Assembly: GCA_964016885.1 (NCBI GenBank)
Contig: OZ024744.1
Coordinates: 100,998,001-101,062,000, forward strand
Direction: 5' to 3'
DNA from: Eledone cirrhosa
Lineage: Eukaryota
DNA: 64,000 nucleotides
The notes beneath the pieces are model-generated. The model worked only from the letters and a program-made list of their open reading frames with translations, was not told where the DNA came from and searched no databases. This document shows, piece by piece, positions 20,748 through 35,700 of this stretch (position 1 is its first letter; each line of letters starts with the position of its first letter). Both the position numbers and the translations under genes were made by a program.

Positions 20748-23700
20748 CACTAAAGTTATTGTATATAGTTCCTAATTTAGACAGGGACTGTTGTCAGCTC
20801 CCATTTGGTGTAAAGGTTAACACTAAAGTTATTGTAAATAGTTCTTAATTTGGACAGGGACTGTTGTCAGCTCCCATTTGGTGTAAAGGTTAACACTAAA
20901 GTTATTGTAAATAGTTCCTAATTTGGACAGAGACTGTTGTCAGCTCCCATTTGGTGTAAAGGTTAACACTAAAGTTATTGTATATAGTTCCTAATTTAGA
21001 CAGGGACTGTTGTCAGCTCCCATTTGGTGTAAAGGTTAACACTAAAGTTATTATAAATAGTTCCTAATTTGGACAGGGATTGTTGTCAGCTCCCATTTGG
21101 TGTAAAGGTTAACACTAAAGTTATTGTATATAGTTCCTAATTTGGACAGGGACTGTTGTCAGCTCCCATTTGGTGTAAAGGTTAACACTAAAGTTATTGT
21201 ATATAGTTCCTAATTTGGACAGGGACTGTTGTCAGCTCCCATTTGGTGTAAAGGTTATCACTAAAGTTATTGTGTATAGTTCCTAATTTGGACAGGGATT
21301 GTTGTCAGCTCCCATTTGGTGTAAAGGTTAACACTAAAGTTATTATATATAGTTCCTAATTTGGACAGAGACTGTTGTCAGCTCCCATTTGGTGTAAAGG
21401 TTAACACTAAAGTTATTGTATATAGTTCCTAATTTGGACAGAGACAGTTGTCAGCTCCCATTTGGTGTAAAGGTTAACACTAAAGTTATTGTATATAGTT
21501 CCTAATTTGGACAGGGACTGTTGTCAGCTCCCATTTGGTGTAAAGGTTAACACTAAAGTTATTGTATATAGTTCCTAATTTGGACAGGGACTGTTGTCAG
21601 CTCCCATTTGGTGTAAAGGTTAACACTAAAGTTATTGTATATAGTTTTTAATTTGGACAGGGACTGTTGTCAGCTCCCATTTGGTGTAAAGGTTAACACT
21701 AAAGTTATTGTATATAGTTCCTAATTTGTACAGAGGCTGTTGTCAGCTCCCATTTGGTGTAAAGGTTAACACTAAAGTTATTGTATATAGTTACTAATTT
21801 GGACAGAGACAGTTGTCAGCTCCCATTTGGTGTAAAGGTTAACACTAAAGTTATTGTATATAGTTCCTAATTTGTACAGAGGCTGTTGTCAGCTCCCATT
21901 TGGTGTAAAGGTTAACACTAAAGTTATTGTATATAGTTCCTAATTTGGACAGGGACTGTTGTCAGCTCCCATTTGGTGTAAAGGTTAACACTAAAGTTAT
22001 TGTATATAGTTACTAATTTGGACAGAGACAGTTGTCAGCTCCCATTTGGTGTAAAGGTTAACACTAAAGTTATTGTATATAGTTACTAATTTGGACAGAG
22101 ACAGTTGTCAGCTCCCATTTGGTGTAAAGGTTAACACTAAAGTTATTGTATATAGTTCCTAATTTGTACAGAGGCTGTTGTCAGCTCCCATTTGGTGTAA
22201 AGGTTAACACTAAAGTTATTGTATATAGTTCCTAATTTGGACAGGGACTGTTGTCAGCTCCCATTTGGTGTAAAGGTTAACACTAAAGTTATTGTATATA
22301 GTTTTTAATTTGGACAGGGACTGTTGTCAGCTCCCATTTGGTGTAAAGGTTAACACTAAAGTTATTGTATATAGTTCCTAATTTGTACAGAGGCTGTTGT
22401 CAGCTCCCATTTGGTGTAAAGGTTAACACTAAAGTTATTGTATATAGTTCCTAATTTGGACAGGGACTGTTGTCAGCTTCTATTTGGTATAAAGGTTAAC
22501 ACTAAAGTTATTGTATATAGTTCCTAATTTGCACAGAGACTGTTGTCAGCTCCCATTTGGTGTAAAGGTTAACACTGAAGTTATTGTATATAGTTCCTAT
22601 TTTGGACAGGGACTGTTGTCAGCTCCCATTTGGTGTAAAGGTTAACACTGAAGTTATTGTATATAGTTCCTATTTTGGACAGGGACTGTTGTCAGCTCCC
22701 ATTTGGTGTAAAGGTTAACACTAAAGTTATTGTATATAGTTCCTAATTTGGACAGGGACTGTTGTCAGCTCCCATTTGGTGTAAAGGTTAACACTAAAGT
22801 TATTGTATATAGTTCCTAATTTGGACAGGGACTGTTGTCAGCTCCCATTTGGTGTAAAGGTTAACACTAAAGTTATTGTATATAGTTCCTAATTTGGACA
22901 GAGACTGCTGTCAGCTCCCATTTGGTGTAAAGTTTAACACTAAAGTTATTGTATATAGTTCCTAATTTGCACAGAGACTGTTGTCAGCTCCCATTTGGTG
23001 TAAAGGTTAACACTAAAGTTATTGTATATAGTTCCTAATTTGGACAGGGACTGTTGTCAGCTCCCATTTGGTGTAAAGGTTAACACTAAAGTTATTGTAT
23101 ATAGTTCCTATTTTGGACAGGGACTGTTGTCAGCTCCCATTTGGTGTAAAGGTTAACACTAAAGTTATTGTATATAGTTCCTAATTTGGACAGGGACTGT
23201 TGTCAGCTCCCATTTGGTGTAAAGGTTAACACTAAAGTTATTGTATATAGTTCCTAATTTGCACAGAGACTGTTGTCAGCTCCCATTTGGTGTAAAGGTT
23301 AACACTGAAGTTATTGTATATAGTTCCTAATTTGCACAGAGACTGTTGTCAGCTCCCATTTGGTGTAAAGGTTATCACTAAAGTTATTGTATATAGTCCC
23401 TAATTTGGACAGGGACTGTTGTCAGCTCCCATTTGGTGTAAAGGTTAACACTAAAGTTATTGTATATAGTTCCTAATTTGCACAGAGACTGTTGTCAGCT
23501 CCCATTTGGTGTAAAGGTTAACACTAAAGTTATTGTATATAGTTCCTAATTTGCACAGAGACTGTTGTCAGCTCCCATTTGGTGTAAAGGTTATCACTAA
23601 AGTTATTGTATATAGTCCCTAATTTGGACAGGGACTGTTGTCAGCTCCCATTTGGTGTAAAGGTTATCACTAAAGTTATTGTATATAGTCCCTAATTTGG

Positions 23701-26700
23701 ACAGGGACTGTTGTCAGCTCCCATTTGGTGTAAAGGTTATCACTAAAGTTATTGTATATAGTTCCTAATTTGGACAGGGACTGTTGTCAGCTCCCATTTG
23801 GTGTAAAGGTTAACACTAAAGTTATTGTATATAGTTCCTAATTTGGACAGGGACTGTTGTCAGCTCCCATTTGGTGTAAAGGTTAACACTAAAGTTATTG
23901 TATATAGTTCCTAATTTGCACAGAGACTGTTGTCAGCTCCCATTTGGTGTAAAGGTTAACACTAAAGTTATTGTATATAGTTCCTAATTTGGACAGGGAC
24001 TGTTGTCAGCTCCCATTTGGTGTAAAGGTTAACACTAAAGTTATTGTATATAGTTCCTAATTTGGACAGGGACTGTTGTCAGCTCCCATTTGGTGTAAAG
24101 GTTAACACTAAAGTTATTGTATATAGTTCCTAATTTGGACAGGGACTGTTGTCAGCTCCCATTTGGTGTAAAGGTTAACACTAAAGTTATGGTATATAGT
24201 TCCTAATTTGGACAGGGACTGTTGTCAGCTCCCATTTGGTGTAAAGGTTAACACTAAAGTTATGGTATATAGTCCCTAATTTGGACAGAGATAGTTGTCA
24301 GCTCCCATTTGGTGTAAAGATTAACACTAAAGCTATTATATATAGTTCCTAATTTGGACAGGGATTGTTGTCAGCTCCCATTTGGTGTAAAGGTTAACAC
24401 TAAAGTTATGGTATATAGTTCCTAATTTGGACAGAGACTGTTGTCAGCTCCCATTTGGTGTAAAGATTAACACTAAAGCTATTATATATAGTTCCTAATT
24501 TGGACAGGGATTGTTGTCAGCTCCCATTTGGTGTAAAGGTTAACACTAAAGTTATTGTATATAGTCCCTAATTTGGACAGGGACAATTGTCAGCTCCCAT
24601 TTGGTGTAAAGGTTAACACTAAAGTTATTGTATATAGTTCCTAATTTGGACAGAGACTGTTGTCAGCTCCCATTTGGTGTAAATGTTAACACTAAAGTTA
24701 TTGTATATAGTTTTTATTTGGACAGGGACTGTTGTCAGCTCCCATTTGGTGTAAATGTTAACACTAAAGTTATTGTATATAGTTCCTAATTTGGACAGGG
24801 ACAATTGTCAGCTCCCATTTGGTGTAAAGCTTAACACTAAAGTTATTGTATAGTTCCTAATTTGGACAGAGATAGTTGTCAGCTCCCATTTGGTGTAAAG
24901 GTTAACACTAAAGTTATGGTATATAGTCCCTAATTTGGACAGAGATAGTTGTCAGCTCCCATTTGGTGTAAAGCTTAACACTAAAGTTATTGTATATAGT
25001 TCCTAATTTGGACAGAGACTGTTGTCAGCTCCCATTTGGTGTAAAGGTTAACACTAAAGTTATTGTATATAGTTCCTAATTTGGACAGAGACTGTTGTCA
25101 GCTCCCATTTGGTGTAAAGGTTAACACTAAAGTTATTGTATAGTTCCTAATTTGGACAGGGACTGTTGTCAGCTCCCATTTGGTGTATAGGTTAACACTA
25201 AAGTTATTGTATATAGTTCCTAATTTGGACAGGGACAATTGTCAGCTCCCATTTGGTGTAAAGCTTAACACTAAAGTTATTGTATAGTTCCTAATTTGGA
25301 CAGAGATAGTTGTCAGCTCCCATTTGGTGTAAAGGTTAACACTAAAGTTATTGTATATAGTTCCTAATTTGGACAGGGACAGTTGTCAGCTCCCATTTGG
25401 TGTAAAGCTTAACACTAAAGTTATTGTATATAGTTCCTAATTTGGACAGAGACTGTTGTCAGCTCCCATTTGGTGTAAAGGTTAACACTAAAGTTATTGT
25501 ATATAGTTCCTAATTTGGACAGAGACTGTTGTCAGCTCCCATTTGGTGTAAAGGTTAACACTAAAGTTATTGTATATAGTTCCTAATTTGGACAGGGACA
25601 GTTGTCAGCTCCCATTTGGTGTAAAGCTTAACACTAAAGTTATTGTATATAGTTCCTAATTTGGACAGAGACTGTTGTCAGCTCCCATTTGGTGTAAAGG
25701 TTAACACTAAAGTTATTGTATATAGTTCCTAATTTGGACAGAGACTGTTGTCAGCTCCCATTTGGTGTAAAGGTTAACACTAAAGTTATTGTATATAGTT
25801 CCTAATTTGGACAGGGACTGTTGTCAGCTCCCATTTGGTGTAAAGGTTAACACTAAAGTTATTGTATATAGTTCCTAATTTGGACAGGGACTGTTGTCAG
25901 CTTCTATTTGGTGTAAAGGTTAACACTAAAGTTATTGTATATAGTTCCTAATTTGCACAGAGACTGTTGTCAGCTCCCATTTGGTGTAAAGGTTAACACT
26001 GAAGTTATTGTATATAGTTCCTATTTTGGACAGGGACTGTTGTCAGCTCCCATTTGGTGTAAAGGTTAACACTGAAGTTATTGTATATAGTTCCTATTTT
26101 GGACAGGGACTGTTGTCAGCTCCCATTTGGTGTAAAGGTTAACACTAAAGTTATTGTATATAGTTCCTAATTTGGACAGAGACTGTTGTCAGCTCCCATT
26201 TGGTGTAAAGGTTAACACTAAAGTTATTATATATAGTTCCTAATTTGGACAGAGGCTGTTGTCAGCTCCCATTTGGTGTAAAGGTTAACACTAAAGTTAT
26301 TGTATATAGTTCCTAATTTGCACAGAGACTGTTGTCAGCTCCCATTTGGTGTAAAGGTAAACACTAAAGTTATTGTATATAGTTCCTAATTTGGACAGGG
26401 ACTGTTGTCAGCTCCCATTTGGTGTAAAGGTTAACACTAAAGTTATTGTATATAGTTCCTAATTTGGACAGAGACTGTTGTCAGCTCCCATTTGGTGTAA
26501 AGGTTAACACTAAAGTTATTGTATATAGTTCCTAATTTGCACAGAGACTGTTGTCAGCTCCCATTTGGTGTAAAGGTTAACACTGAAGTTATTGTATATA
26601 GTTCCTAATTTGCACAGAGACTGTTGTCAGCTCCCATTTGGTGTAAAGGTTAACACTAAAGTTATTGTATATAGTTCCTAATTTGGACAGGGACTGTTGT

Positions 26701-29700
26701 CAGCTCCCATTTGGTGTAAAGGTTAACACTAAAGTTATTGTATATAGTCCCTAATTTGGACAGGGACTGTTGTCAGCTCCCATTTGGTGTAAAGGTTATC
26801 ACTAAAGTTATTGTATATAGTTCCTAATTTGGACAGGGACTGTTGTCAGCTCCCATTTGGTGTAAAGGTTAACACTAAAGTTATTGTATATAGTTACTAA
26901 TTTGGGCAGGGACTGTTGTCAGCTCCCATTTGGTGTAAAGGTTAACACTAAAGTTATTGTATATAGTTACTAATTTGGACAGGGACAGTTGTCAGCTCCC
27001 ATTTGGTGTAAAGGTTAACACTAAAGTTATTGTATATAGTTCCTAATTTGGACAGGGACTGTTGTCAGCTCCCATTTGGTGTAAAGGTTATCACTAAAGT
27101 TATTGTATATAGTCCCTAATTTGGACAGGGACTGTTGTCAGCTCCCATTTGGTGTAAAGGTTATCACTAAAGTTATTGTATATAGTCCCTAATTTGGACA
27201 GAGACTGTTGTCAGTTCCCATTTGATGTAAAGGTTAACACTAAAGTTATTGTATATAGTTCCTAATTTGGACAGGGACTGTTGTCAGCTCCCATTTGGTG
27301 TAAAGGTTAACACTAAAGTTATTGTATATAGTTCCTAATTTGGACAGGGACTGTTGTCAGCTCCCATTTGGTGTAAAGGTTAACACTAAAGTTATTGTAT
27401 ATAGTTCCTAATTTGGACAGGGACTGTTGTCAGCTCCCATTTGGTGTAAAGGTTAACACTAAAGTTATTGTATATAGTTCCTAATTTGGACAGGGACTGT
27501 TGTCAGCTCCCATTTGGTGTAAAGGTTAACACTAAAGTTATTGTATATAGTTCCTAATTTGGACAGGGACTGTTGTCAGCTCCCATTTGGTGTAAAGGTT
27601 AACACTAAAGTTATTGTATATAGTTCCTAATTTGGACAGGGATTGTTGTCAGGTCCCATTTGGTGTAAAGGTTAACACTAAAGTTATTGTATATAGTTCC
27701 TAATTTGGACAGTGACAGTTGTCAGCTCCCATTTGGTGTAAAGGTTAACACTAAAGTTATTGTATATAGTTCCTAATTTGGACAGAGACAGTTGTCAGCT
27801 CCCATTTGGTGTAAAGGTTATCACTAAAGTTATTGTATATAGTTCCTAATTTGGACAGGGACAGTTGTCAGCTCCCATTCGGTGTAAAGGTTATCACTAA
27901 AGTTATTGTATATAGTTCCTAATTTGGACAGAGACTGTTGTCAGCTCCCATATGGTGTAAAGGTTAACACTAAAGTTATTGTATATAGTTACTAATTTGG
28001 GCAGGGACTGTTGTCAGCTCCCATTTGGTGTAAAGGTTAACACTAAAGTTATTGTATATAGTTACTAATTTGGACAGGGACAGTTGTCAGTTCCCATTTG
28101 GTGTAAAGGTTAACACTAAAGTTATTGTATATAGTTCCTAATTTCGACAGGGACAGTTGTCAGCTCCCATTTGGTGTAAAGATTATCACTAAAGTTATTG
28201 TATATAGTTCCTATTTTGGACAGGGACAGTTGTCAGCTCCCATTTGGTGTAAAGGTTAACACTAAAGTTATTGTATATAGTTCCTAATTTCGACAGGGAC
28301 AGTTGTCAGTTCCCATTTGGTGTAAAGGTTAACACTAAAGTTATCGTATAAAGTTCCTAATTTGGACAGGGACTGTTGTCAGCTCCCATTTGGTGTAAAG
28401 GTTAACACTAAAGTTATTGTATATAGTTTTTAATTTGGACAGGGACAGTTGTCAGCTCCCATTTGGTGTAAAGGTTAACACTAAAGTTATTGTATATAGT
28501 TCCTAATTTGGACAGGGACTGTTGTCAGCTCCCATTTGGTGTAAAGGTTAACACTAAAGGTATCGTATAAAGTTCCTAATTTGGACAGGGACTGTTGTCA
28601 GCTCCCATTTGGTGTAAAGGTTAACACTAAAGTTATGGTATATAGTTCCTAATTTGGACAGGGACTGTTGTCAGCTCCCATTTGGTGTAAAGGTTAACAC
28701 TAAAGTTATTGTATATAGTTACTAATTTGGGCAGGGACTGTTGTCAGCTCCCATTTGGTGTAAAGGTTAACACTAAAGTTATGGTATATAGTTCCTAATT
28801 TGGACAGGGACTGTTGTCAGCTCCCATTTGGTGTAAAGGTTAACACTAAAGTTATTGTATATAGTTACTAATTTGGGCAGAGACTGTTGTCAGCTCCCAT
28901 TTGGTGTAAAGGTTAACACTAAAGTTATGGTATATAGTTCCTAATTTGGACAGGGACTGTTGTCAGCTCCCATTTGGTGTAAAGGTTAACACTAAAGTTA
29001 TTGTATATAGTTACTAATTTGGGCAGAGACTGTTGTCAGCTCCCATTTGGTGTAAAGGTTAACACTAAAGTTATGGTATATAGTTCCTAATTTGGACAGG
29101 GACTGTTGTCAGCTCCCATTTGGTGTAAAGGCTAACACTAAAGTTATTGTATATAGTTCCTAATTTCGACAGGGACTGTTGTCAGCTCCCATTTGGTGTA
29201 AAGGTTAACACTAAAGTTATGGTATATAGTTCCTAATTTGGACAGGGACTGTTGTCAGCTCCCATTTGGTGTAAAGGTTAACACTAAAGTTATGGTATAT
29301 AGTCCCTAATTTGGACAGAGATAGTTGTCAGCTCCCATTTGGTGTAAAGATTAACACTAAAGCTATTATATATAGTTCCTAATTTGGACAGGGACTGTTG
29401 TCAGCTCCCATTTGGTGTAAAGGTTAACACTAAAGTTATGGTATATAGTTCCTAATTTGGACAGAGACTGTTGTCAGCTCCCATTTGGTGTAAAGATTAA
29501 CACTAAAGCTATTATATATAGTTCCTAATTTGGACAGGGATTGTTGTCAGCTCCCATTTGGTGTAAAGGTTAACACTAAAGTTATTGTATATAGTCCCTA
29601 ATTTGGACAGGAACTGTTGTCAGCTCCCATTTGGTGTAAATGTTAACACTAAAGTTATTGTATATAGTTTTTATTTGGACAGGGACTGTTGTCAGCTCCC

Positions 29701-32700
29701 ATTTGGTGTAAATGTTAACACTAAAGTTATTGTATATAGTTCCTAATTTGGACAGGGACAATTGTCAGCTCCCATTTGGTGTAAAGCTTAACACTAAAGT
29801 TATTGTATAGTTCCTAATTTGGACAGAGATAGTTGTCAGCTCCCATTTGGTGTAAAGGTTAACACTAAAGTTATGGTATATAGTCCCTAATTTGGACAGA
29901 GATAGTTGTCAGCTCCCATTTGGTGTAAAGCTTAACACTAAAGTTATTGTATATAGTTCCTAATTTGGACAGAGACTGTTGTCAGCTCCCATTTGGTGTA
30001 AAGGTTAACACTAAAGTTATTGTATATAGTTCCTAATTTGGACAGAGACTGTTGTCAGCTCCCATTTGGTGTAAAGGTTAACACTAAAGTTATTGTATAG
30101 TTCCTAATTTGGACAGGGACTGTTGTCAGCTCCCATTTGGTGTATAGGTTAACACTAAAGTTATTGTATATAGTTCCTAATTTGGACAGGGACAATTGTC
30201 AGCTCCCATTTGGTGTAAAGCTTAACACTAAAGTTATTGTATAGTTCCTAATTTGGACAGAGATAGTTGTCAGCTCCCATTTGGTGTAAAGGTTAACACT
30301 AAAGTTATTGTATATAGTTCCTAATTTGGACAGGGACAGTTGTCAGCTCCCATTTGGTGTAAAGCTTAACACTAAAGTTATTGTATATAGTTCCTAATTT
30401 GGACAGTATATAGTTCCTAATTTGGTCAGTATATAGTTCCTAATTTGGTCAGCTCCCATTTGGTGTAAAGGTTAACACTAAAGTTATTGTATATAGTTCC
30501 TAATTTGGACAGAGACTGTTGTCAGCTCCCATTTGGTGTAAAGGTTAACACTAAAGTTATTGTATATAGTTCCTAATTTGGACAGAGACTGTTGTCAGCT
30601 CCCATTTGGTGTAAAGGTTAACACTAAAGTTATTGTATATAGTTCCTAATTTGGACAGAGACTGTTGTCAGCTCCCATTTGGTGAAAAGGTTATCACTAA
30701 AGTTATTGTATATAGTTCCTATTTTGGACAGAGACTGTTGTCAGCTCCCATTTGGTGTAAAGGTTAACACTAAAGTTATTGTATATAGTCCCTAATTTTG
30801 ACAGGGACTGTTGTCAGCTCCCATTTGGTGTAAAGGTTAACCCTAAAGTTATTGTATAGTTCCTAATTTGGACAGGGACTGTTGTCAACTCCCATTTGGT
30901 GTAAAGGTTAACACTAAAGTTATTGTATATAGTTCCTAATTTGGACAGGGACTGTTGTCAGCTCCCATTTGGTGTATAGGTTAACACTAAAGTTATTGTA
31001 TATAGTTCCTAATTTGGACAGAGACAGTTGTCAGCTCCCATTTGGTGTAAAGGTTAACACTAAAGTTATTGTATATAGTCCCTAATTTTGACAGGGACTG
31101 TTGTCAGCTCCCATTTGGTGTAATGGTTAACACTGAAGTTATTGTATATAGTCCCTAATTTGGACAGGGACTGTTGTCAGCTCCCATTTGGTGTAAAGGT
31201 TAACACTAAAGTTATTGTATATAGTTCCTAATTTGGACAGGGACTGTTGTCAGCTCCCATTTGGTGTAATGGTTAACACTGAAGTTATTGTATATAGTCC
31301 CTAATTTGGACAGGGACTGTTGTCAGCTCCCATTTGGTGTAAAGGTTAACACTAAAGTTATTGTATATAGTTCCTAATTTGGACAGGGACTGTTGTCAGC
31401 TCCCATTTGGTGTAATGGTTAACACTGAAGTTATTGTATATAGTCCCTAATTTGGACAGGGACTGTTGTCAGCTCCCATTTGGTGTAAAGGTTAACACTA
31501 AAGTTATTGTATATAGTTCCTAATTTGGACAGGGACTGTTGTCAGCTCCCATTTGGTGTAAAGGTTAACACTAAAGTTATTGTATATAGTTCCTAATTTG
31601 GACAGGGACTGTTGACAGATCCCATTTGGTGTAAAGGTTAACACTAAAGTTATTGTATATAGTCCCTAATTTTGACAGGGACTGTTGTCAGCTCCCATTT
31701 GGTGTAAAGGTTAACACTAAAGTTATTGTATCGTTCCTAATTTGGACAGGGACTGTTGTCAACTCCCATTTGGTGTAAAGGTTAACACTAAAGTTATTGT
31801 ATATAGTTCCTAATTTGGACAGGGATTGTTGTCAGCTCCCATTTGGTGTAAAGGTTAACACTAAAGTTATTGTATATAGTTCCTAATTTGGACAGAGACT
31901 GTTGACAGCTCCCATTTGGTGTAAAGGTTAACACTAAAGTTATTGTATATAGTTCCTAATTTGGACAGAGACAGTTGTCAGCTCCCATTTGGTGTAAAGT
32001 TTAACACTAAAGCTATTATATATAGTTCCTAATTTGGACAGGGACTGTTGTCAGCTCCCATTTGGTGTAAAGATTAACACTAAAGCTATTATATATAGTT
32101 CCTAATTTCGACAGAGACAGTTGTCAGCTCCCATTTGGTGTAAAGATTAACACTAAAGCTATTGTATATAGTCCCTAATTTGGACAGAGACTGTTGTCAG
32201 CTCCCATTTGGTGTAAAGTTTAACACTAAAGTTATTGTATATAGTCCCTAATTTGGACAGGGACTGTTGTCAGCTCCCATTTGGTGTAAATGTTAACACT
32301 AAAGTTATTGTATATGGTTTTTTATTTGGACAGGGACTGTTGTCAGTTCCCATTTGGTGTAAAGGTTAACGCTAAAGTTATTGTATATAGTTCCTAATTT
32401 GGACAGGGACTGTTGTCAGCTCCTATTTGGTGTAAAGGTTAACACTAAAGTTATTGTATAGTTCCTAATTTGGACAGAGACTGTTGTCAGCTCCCATTTG
32501 GTGTAAAGGTTAACACTAAAGTTATTGTATATATTTCCCAATTTGGACAGAGACTGTTGTCAGCTCCCATTTGGTGTAAAGGTTAACACTAAAGTTATTG
32601 TATATAGTCCCTAATTTGGACAGAGACAGTTGTCAGCTCCCATTTGGTGTAAAGGTTAACACTGAAGTTATTGTATATAGTTCCTAATTTGGACAGAGAC

Positions 32701-35700
32701 TGTTGTCAGCTCCCATTTGGTGTAAAGCTTAACACTAAAGTTATTGTATATAGTTCCTAATTTGGACAGAGACTGTTGTCAGCTCCCATTTGGTGTAAAG
32801 GTTAACACTAAAGTTATTGTATATAGTTCCTAATTTGGACAGAGACTGTTGTCAGCTCCCATTTGGTGTAAAGGTTAACACTAAAGTTATTGTATAGTTC
32901 CTAATTTGGACAGGGACTGTTGTCAGCTCCCATTTGGTGTATAGGTTGACACTAAAGTTATTGTATATAGTTCCTAATTTGGACAGGGACAATTGTCAGC
33001 TCCCATTTGGTGTAAAGCTTAACACTAAACTTATTGTATAGTTCCTAATTTGGACAGAGATAGTTGTCAGCTCACATTTGGTGTAAAGGTTAACACTAAA
33101 GTTATTGTATATAGTTCCTAATTTGGACAGGGACAGTTGTCAGCTCCCATTTGGTGTAAAGCTTAACACTAAAGTTATTGTATATAGTTCCTAATTTGGA
33201 TAGAGACTGTTGTCAGCTCCCATTTGGTGTAAAGGTTAACACTAAAGTTATTGTATATAGTTCCTATTTTGGACAGAGACTGTTGTCAGCTCCCATTTGG
33301 TGTAAAGGTTAACACTAAAGTTATTGTATAGTTCCTAATTTGGACAGGGACTGTTGTCAACTCCCATTTGGTGTAAAGGTTAACACTAAAGTTATTGTAT
33401 ATAGTTCCTAATTTGGACAGGGACAGTTGTCAGCTCCCATTTGGTGTAAAGGTTAACACTAAAGTTATTGTATATAGTCCCTAATTTGGACAGGGACTGT
33501 TGTCAGCTCCCATTTGGTGTAATGGTTAACGCTGAAGTTATTGTATATAGTCCCTAATTTGGACAGGGACTGTTGTCAGCTCCCATTTGGTGTAAAGGTT
33601 AACACTAAAGTTATTGTATATAGTTCCTAATTTGGACAGGGACTGTTGTCAGCTCCCATTTGGTGTAAAGGTTAACACTAAAGTTATTGTATATAGTTCC
33701 TAATTTGGACAGGGACTGTTGTCAGCTCCCATTTGGTGTAAAGGTTAACACTAAAGTTATTGTATATAGTCCCTAATTTTGACAGGGACTGTTGTCAGCT
33801 CCCATTTGGTGTAAAGGTTAACGCTAAAGTTATTGTATAGTTCCTAATTTGGACAGAGACAGTTGTCAGCTCCCATTTGGTGTAAAGTTTAACACTAAAG
33901 CTATTATATATAGTTCCTAATTTGGACGGATTGTTGTCAGCTCCCATTTGGTGTAAAGGTTAACACTAAAGTTATTGTATATAGTTCCTAATTTGGACAG
34001 AGACTGTTGACAGCTCCCATTTGGTGTAAAGATTAACACTAAAGCTATTATATATAGTTCCTAATTTGGACAGAGACAGTTGTCAGCTCCCATTTGGTGT
34101 AAAGATTAACACTAAAGCTATTGTATATAGTCCCTAATTTGGACAGAGACTGTTGTCAGCTCCCATTTGGTGTAAAGGTTAACACTAAAGTTATTGTATA
34201 TAGTCCCTAATTTGGACAGGGACTGTTGTCAGCTCCCATTTGGTGTAAATGTTAACACTAAAGTTATTGTATATGGTTTTTTATTTGGACAGGGACTGTT
34301 GTCAGTTCCCATTTGGTGTAAAGGTTAACACTAAAGTTATTGTATATAGTTCCTAATTTGGACAGAGACTGTTGTCAGCTCCCATTTGGTGTAAAGGTTA
34401 ACACTAAAGTTATTGTATATAGTTTTTAATTTGGACAGGGACTGTTGTCAGCTCCTATTTGGTGTAAAGGTTAACACTAAAGTTATTGTATATATTTCCT
34501 AATTTGGACAGAGACTGTTGTCAGCTCCCATTTGGTGTAAAGGCTAACACTAAATTTATTGTATATAGTTCCTACTTTGGACAGGGACTGTTGTCAGCTC
34601 CCATTTGGTGTAATGGTTAACACTAAAGTTATTGTATATAGTTCCTAATTTGGACAGGGACTGTTGTCAGCTCCCATTTGGTGTAAAGGTTAACACTAAA
34701 GTTATTGTATATAGTTCCTAATTTGTACAGAGACTGTTGTCAGCTCCCATTTGGTGTAAAGGTTAACACTAAAGTTATCGTATATAGTTCCTAATTTGGA
34801 CAGAGACTGTTGTCAGCTCCCATTTGGTGTAAAGGTTAACACTAAAGTTATTGTATATAGTTCCTAATTTGGACAGGGACTGTTGTCAGCTCCCATTCGG
34901 TGTAAAGGTTATCACTAAAGTTATTGTATATAGTTCCTAATTTTGACAGGGACTGTTGTCAGCTCCCATTTGGTGTAAAGGTTAACACTAAAGTTATTGT
35001 ATATAGTTCCTAATTTGGACAGGGACTGTTGTCAGCTCCCATTTGGTGTAAAGGTTAACACTAAAGTTATTGTATATAGTTCCTAATTTTGACAGGGACT
35101 GTTGTCAGCTCCCATTTGGTGTAAAGGTTAACACTAAAGTTATTGTATATAGTTCCTAATTTGGACAGAGACTGTTGTCAGCTCCCATTTGGTGTAAAGG
35201 TTAACACTAAAGTTATTGTATATAGTCCCTAATTTGGACAGGGACTGTTGTTAGCTCCCATTTGGTGTAAAGATTAACACTAAAGTTATTATATATAGTT
35301 CCTAATTTGGACAGGGACTGTTGTCAGCTCCCATTTGGTGTAAAGGTTAACACTAGAGTTATTGTATATAGTTCCTATTTGGGACAGGGACTGTTGTCAG
35401 CTCCCATTTGGTGTAAAGGTTAACACTAAAGTTATTGTATATAGTTCCTAATTTGGACAGAGATTGTTGTCAGCTCCCATTTGGTGTAAAGGTTAACACT
35501 AAAGTTATTGTATATAGTTCCTAATTTGGACAGAGATTGTTGTCAGCTCCCATTTGGTGTAAAGGCTAACACTAAAGTTATTGTATATAGTTCCTATTTT
35601 GGACAGGGACTGTTGTCAGCTCCCATTTGGTGTAAAGGCTAACACTAAAGTTATTGTATATAGTTCCTATTTTGGACAGGGACTGTTGTCAGCTCCCATT

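Noticed and set aside
20676-20760. Splice acceptor (caacatttcag) just before the 73-bp array as a coding exon
   Set aside because: Stops occur in all three frames within 40 nt, and there is no good donor before them.
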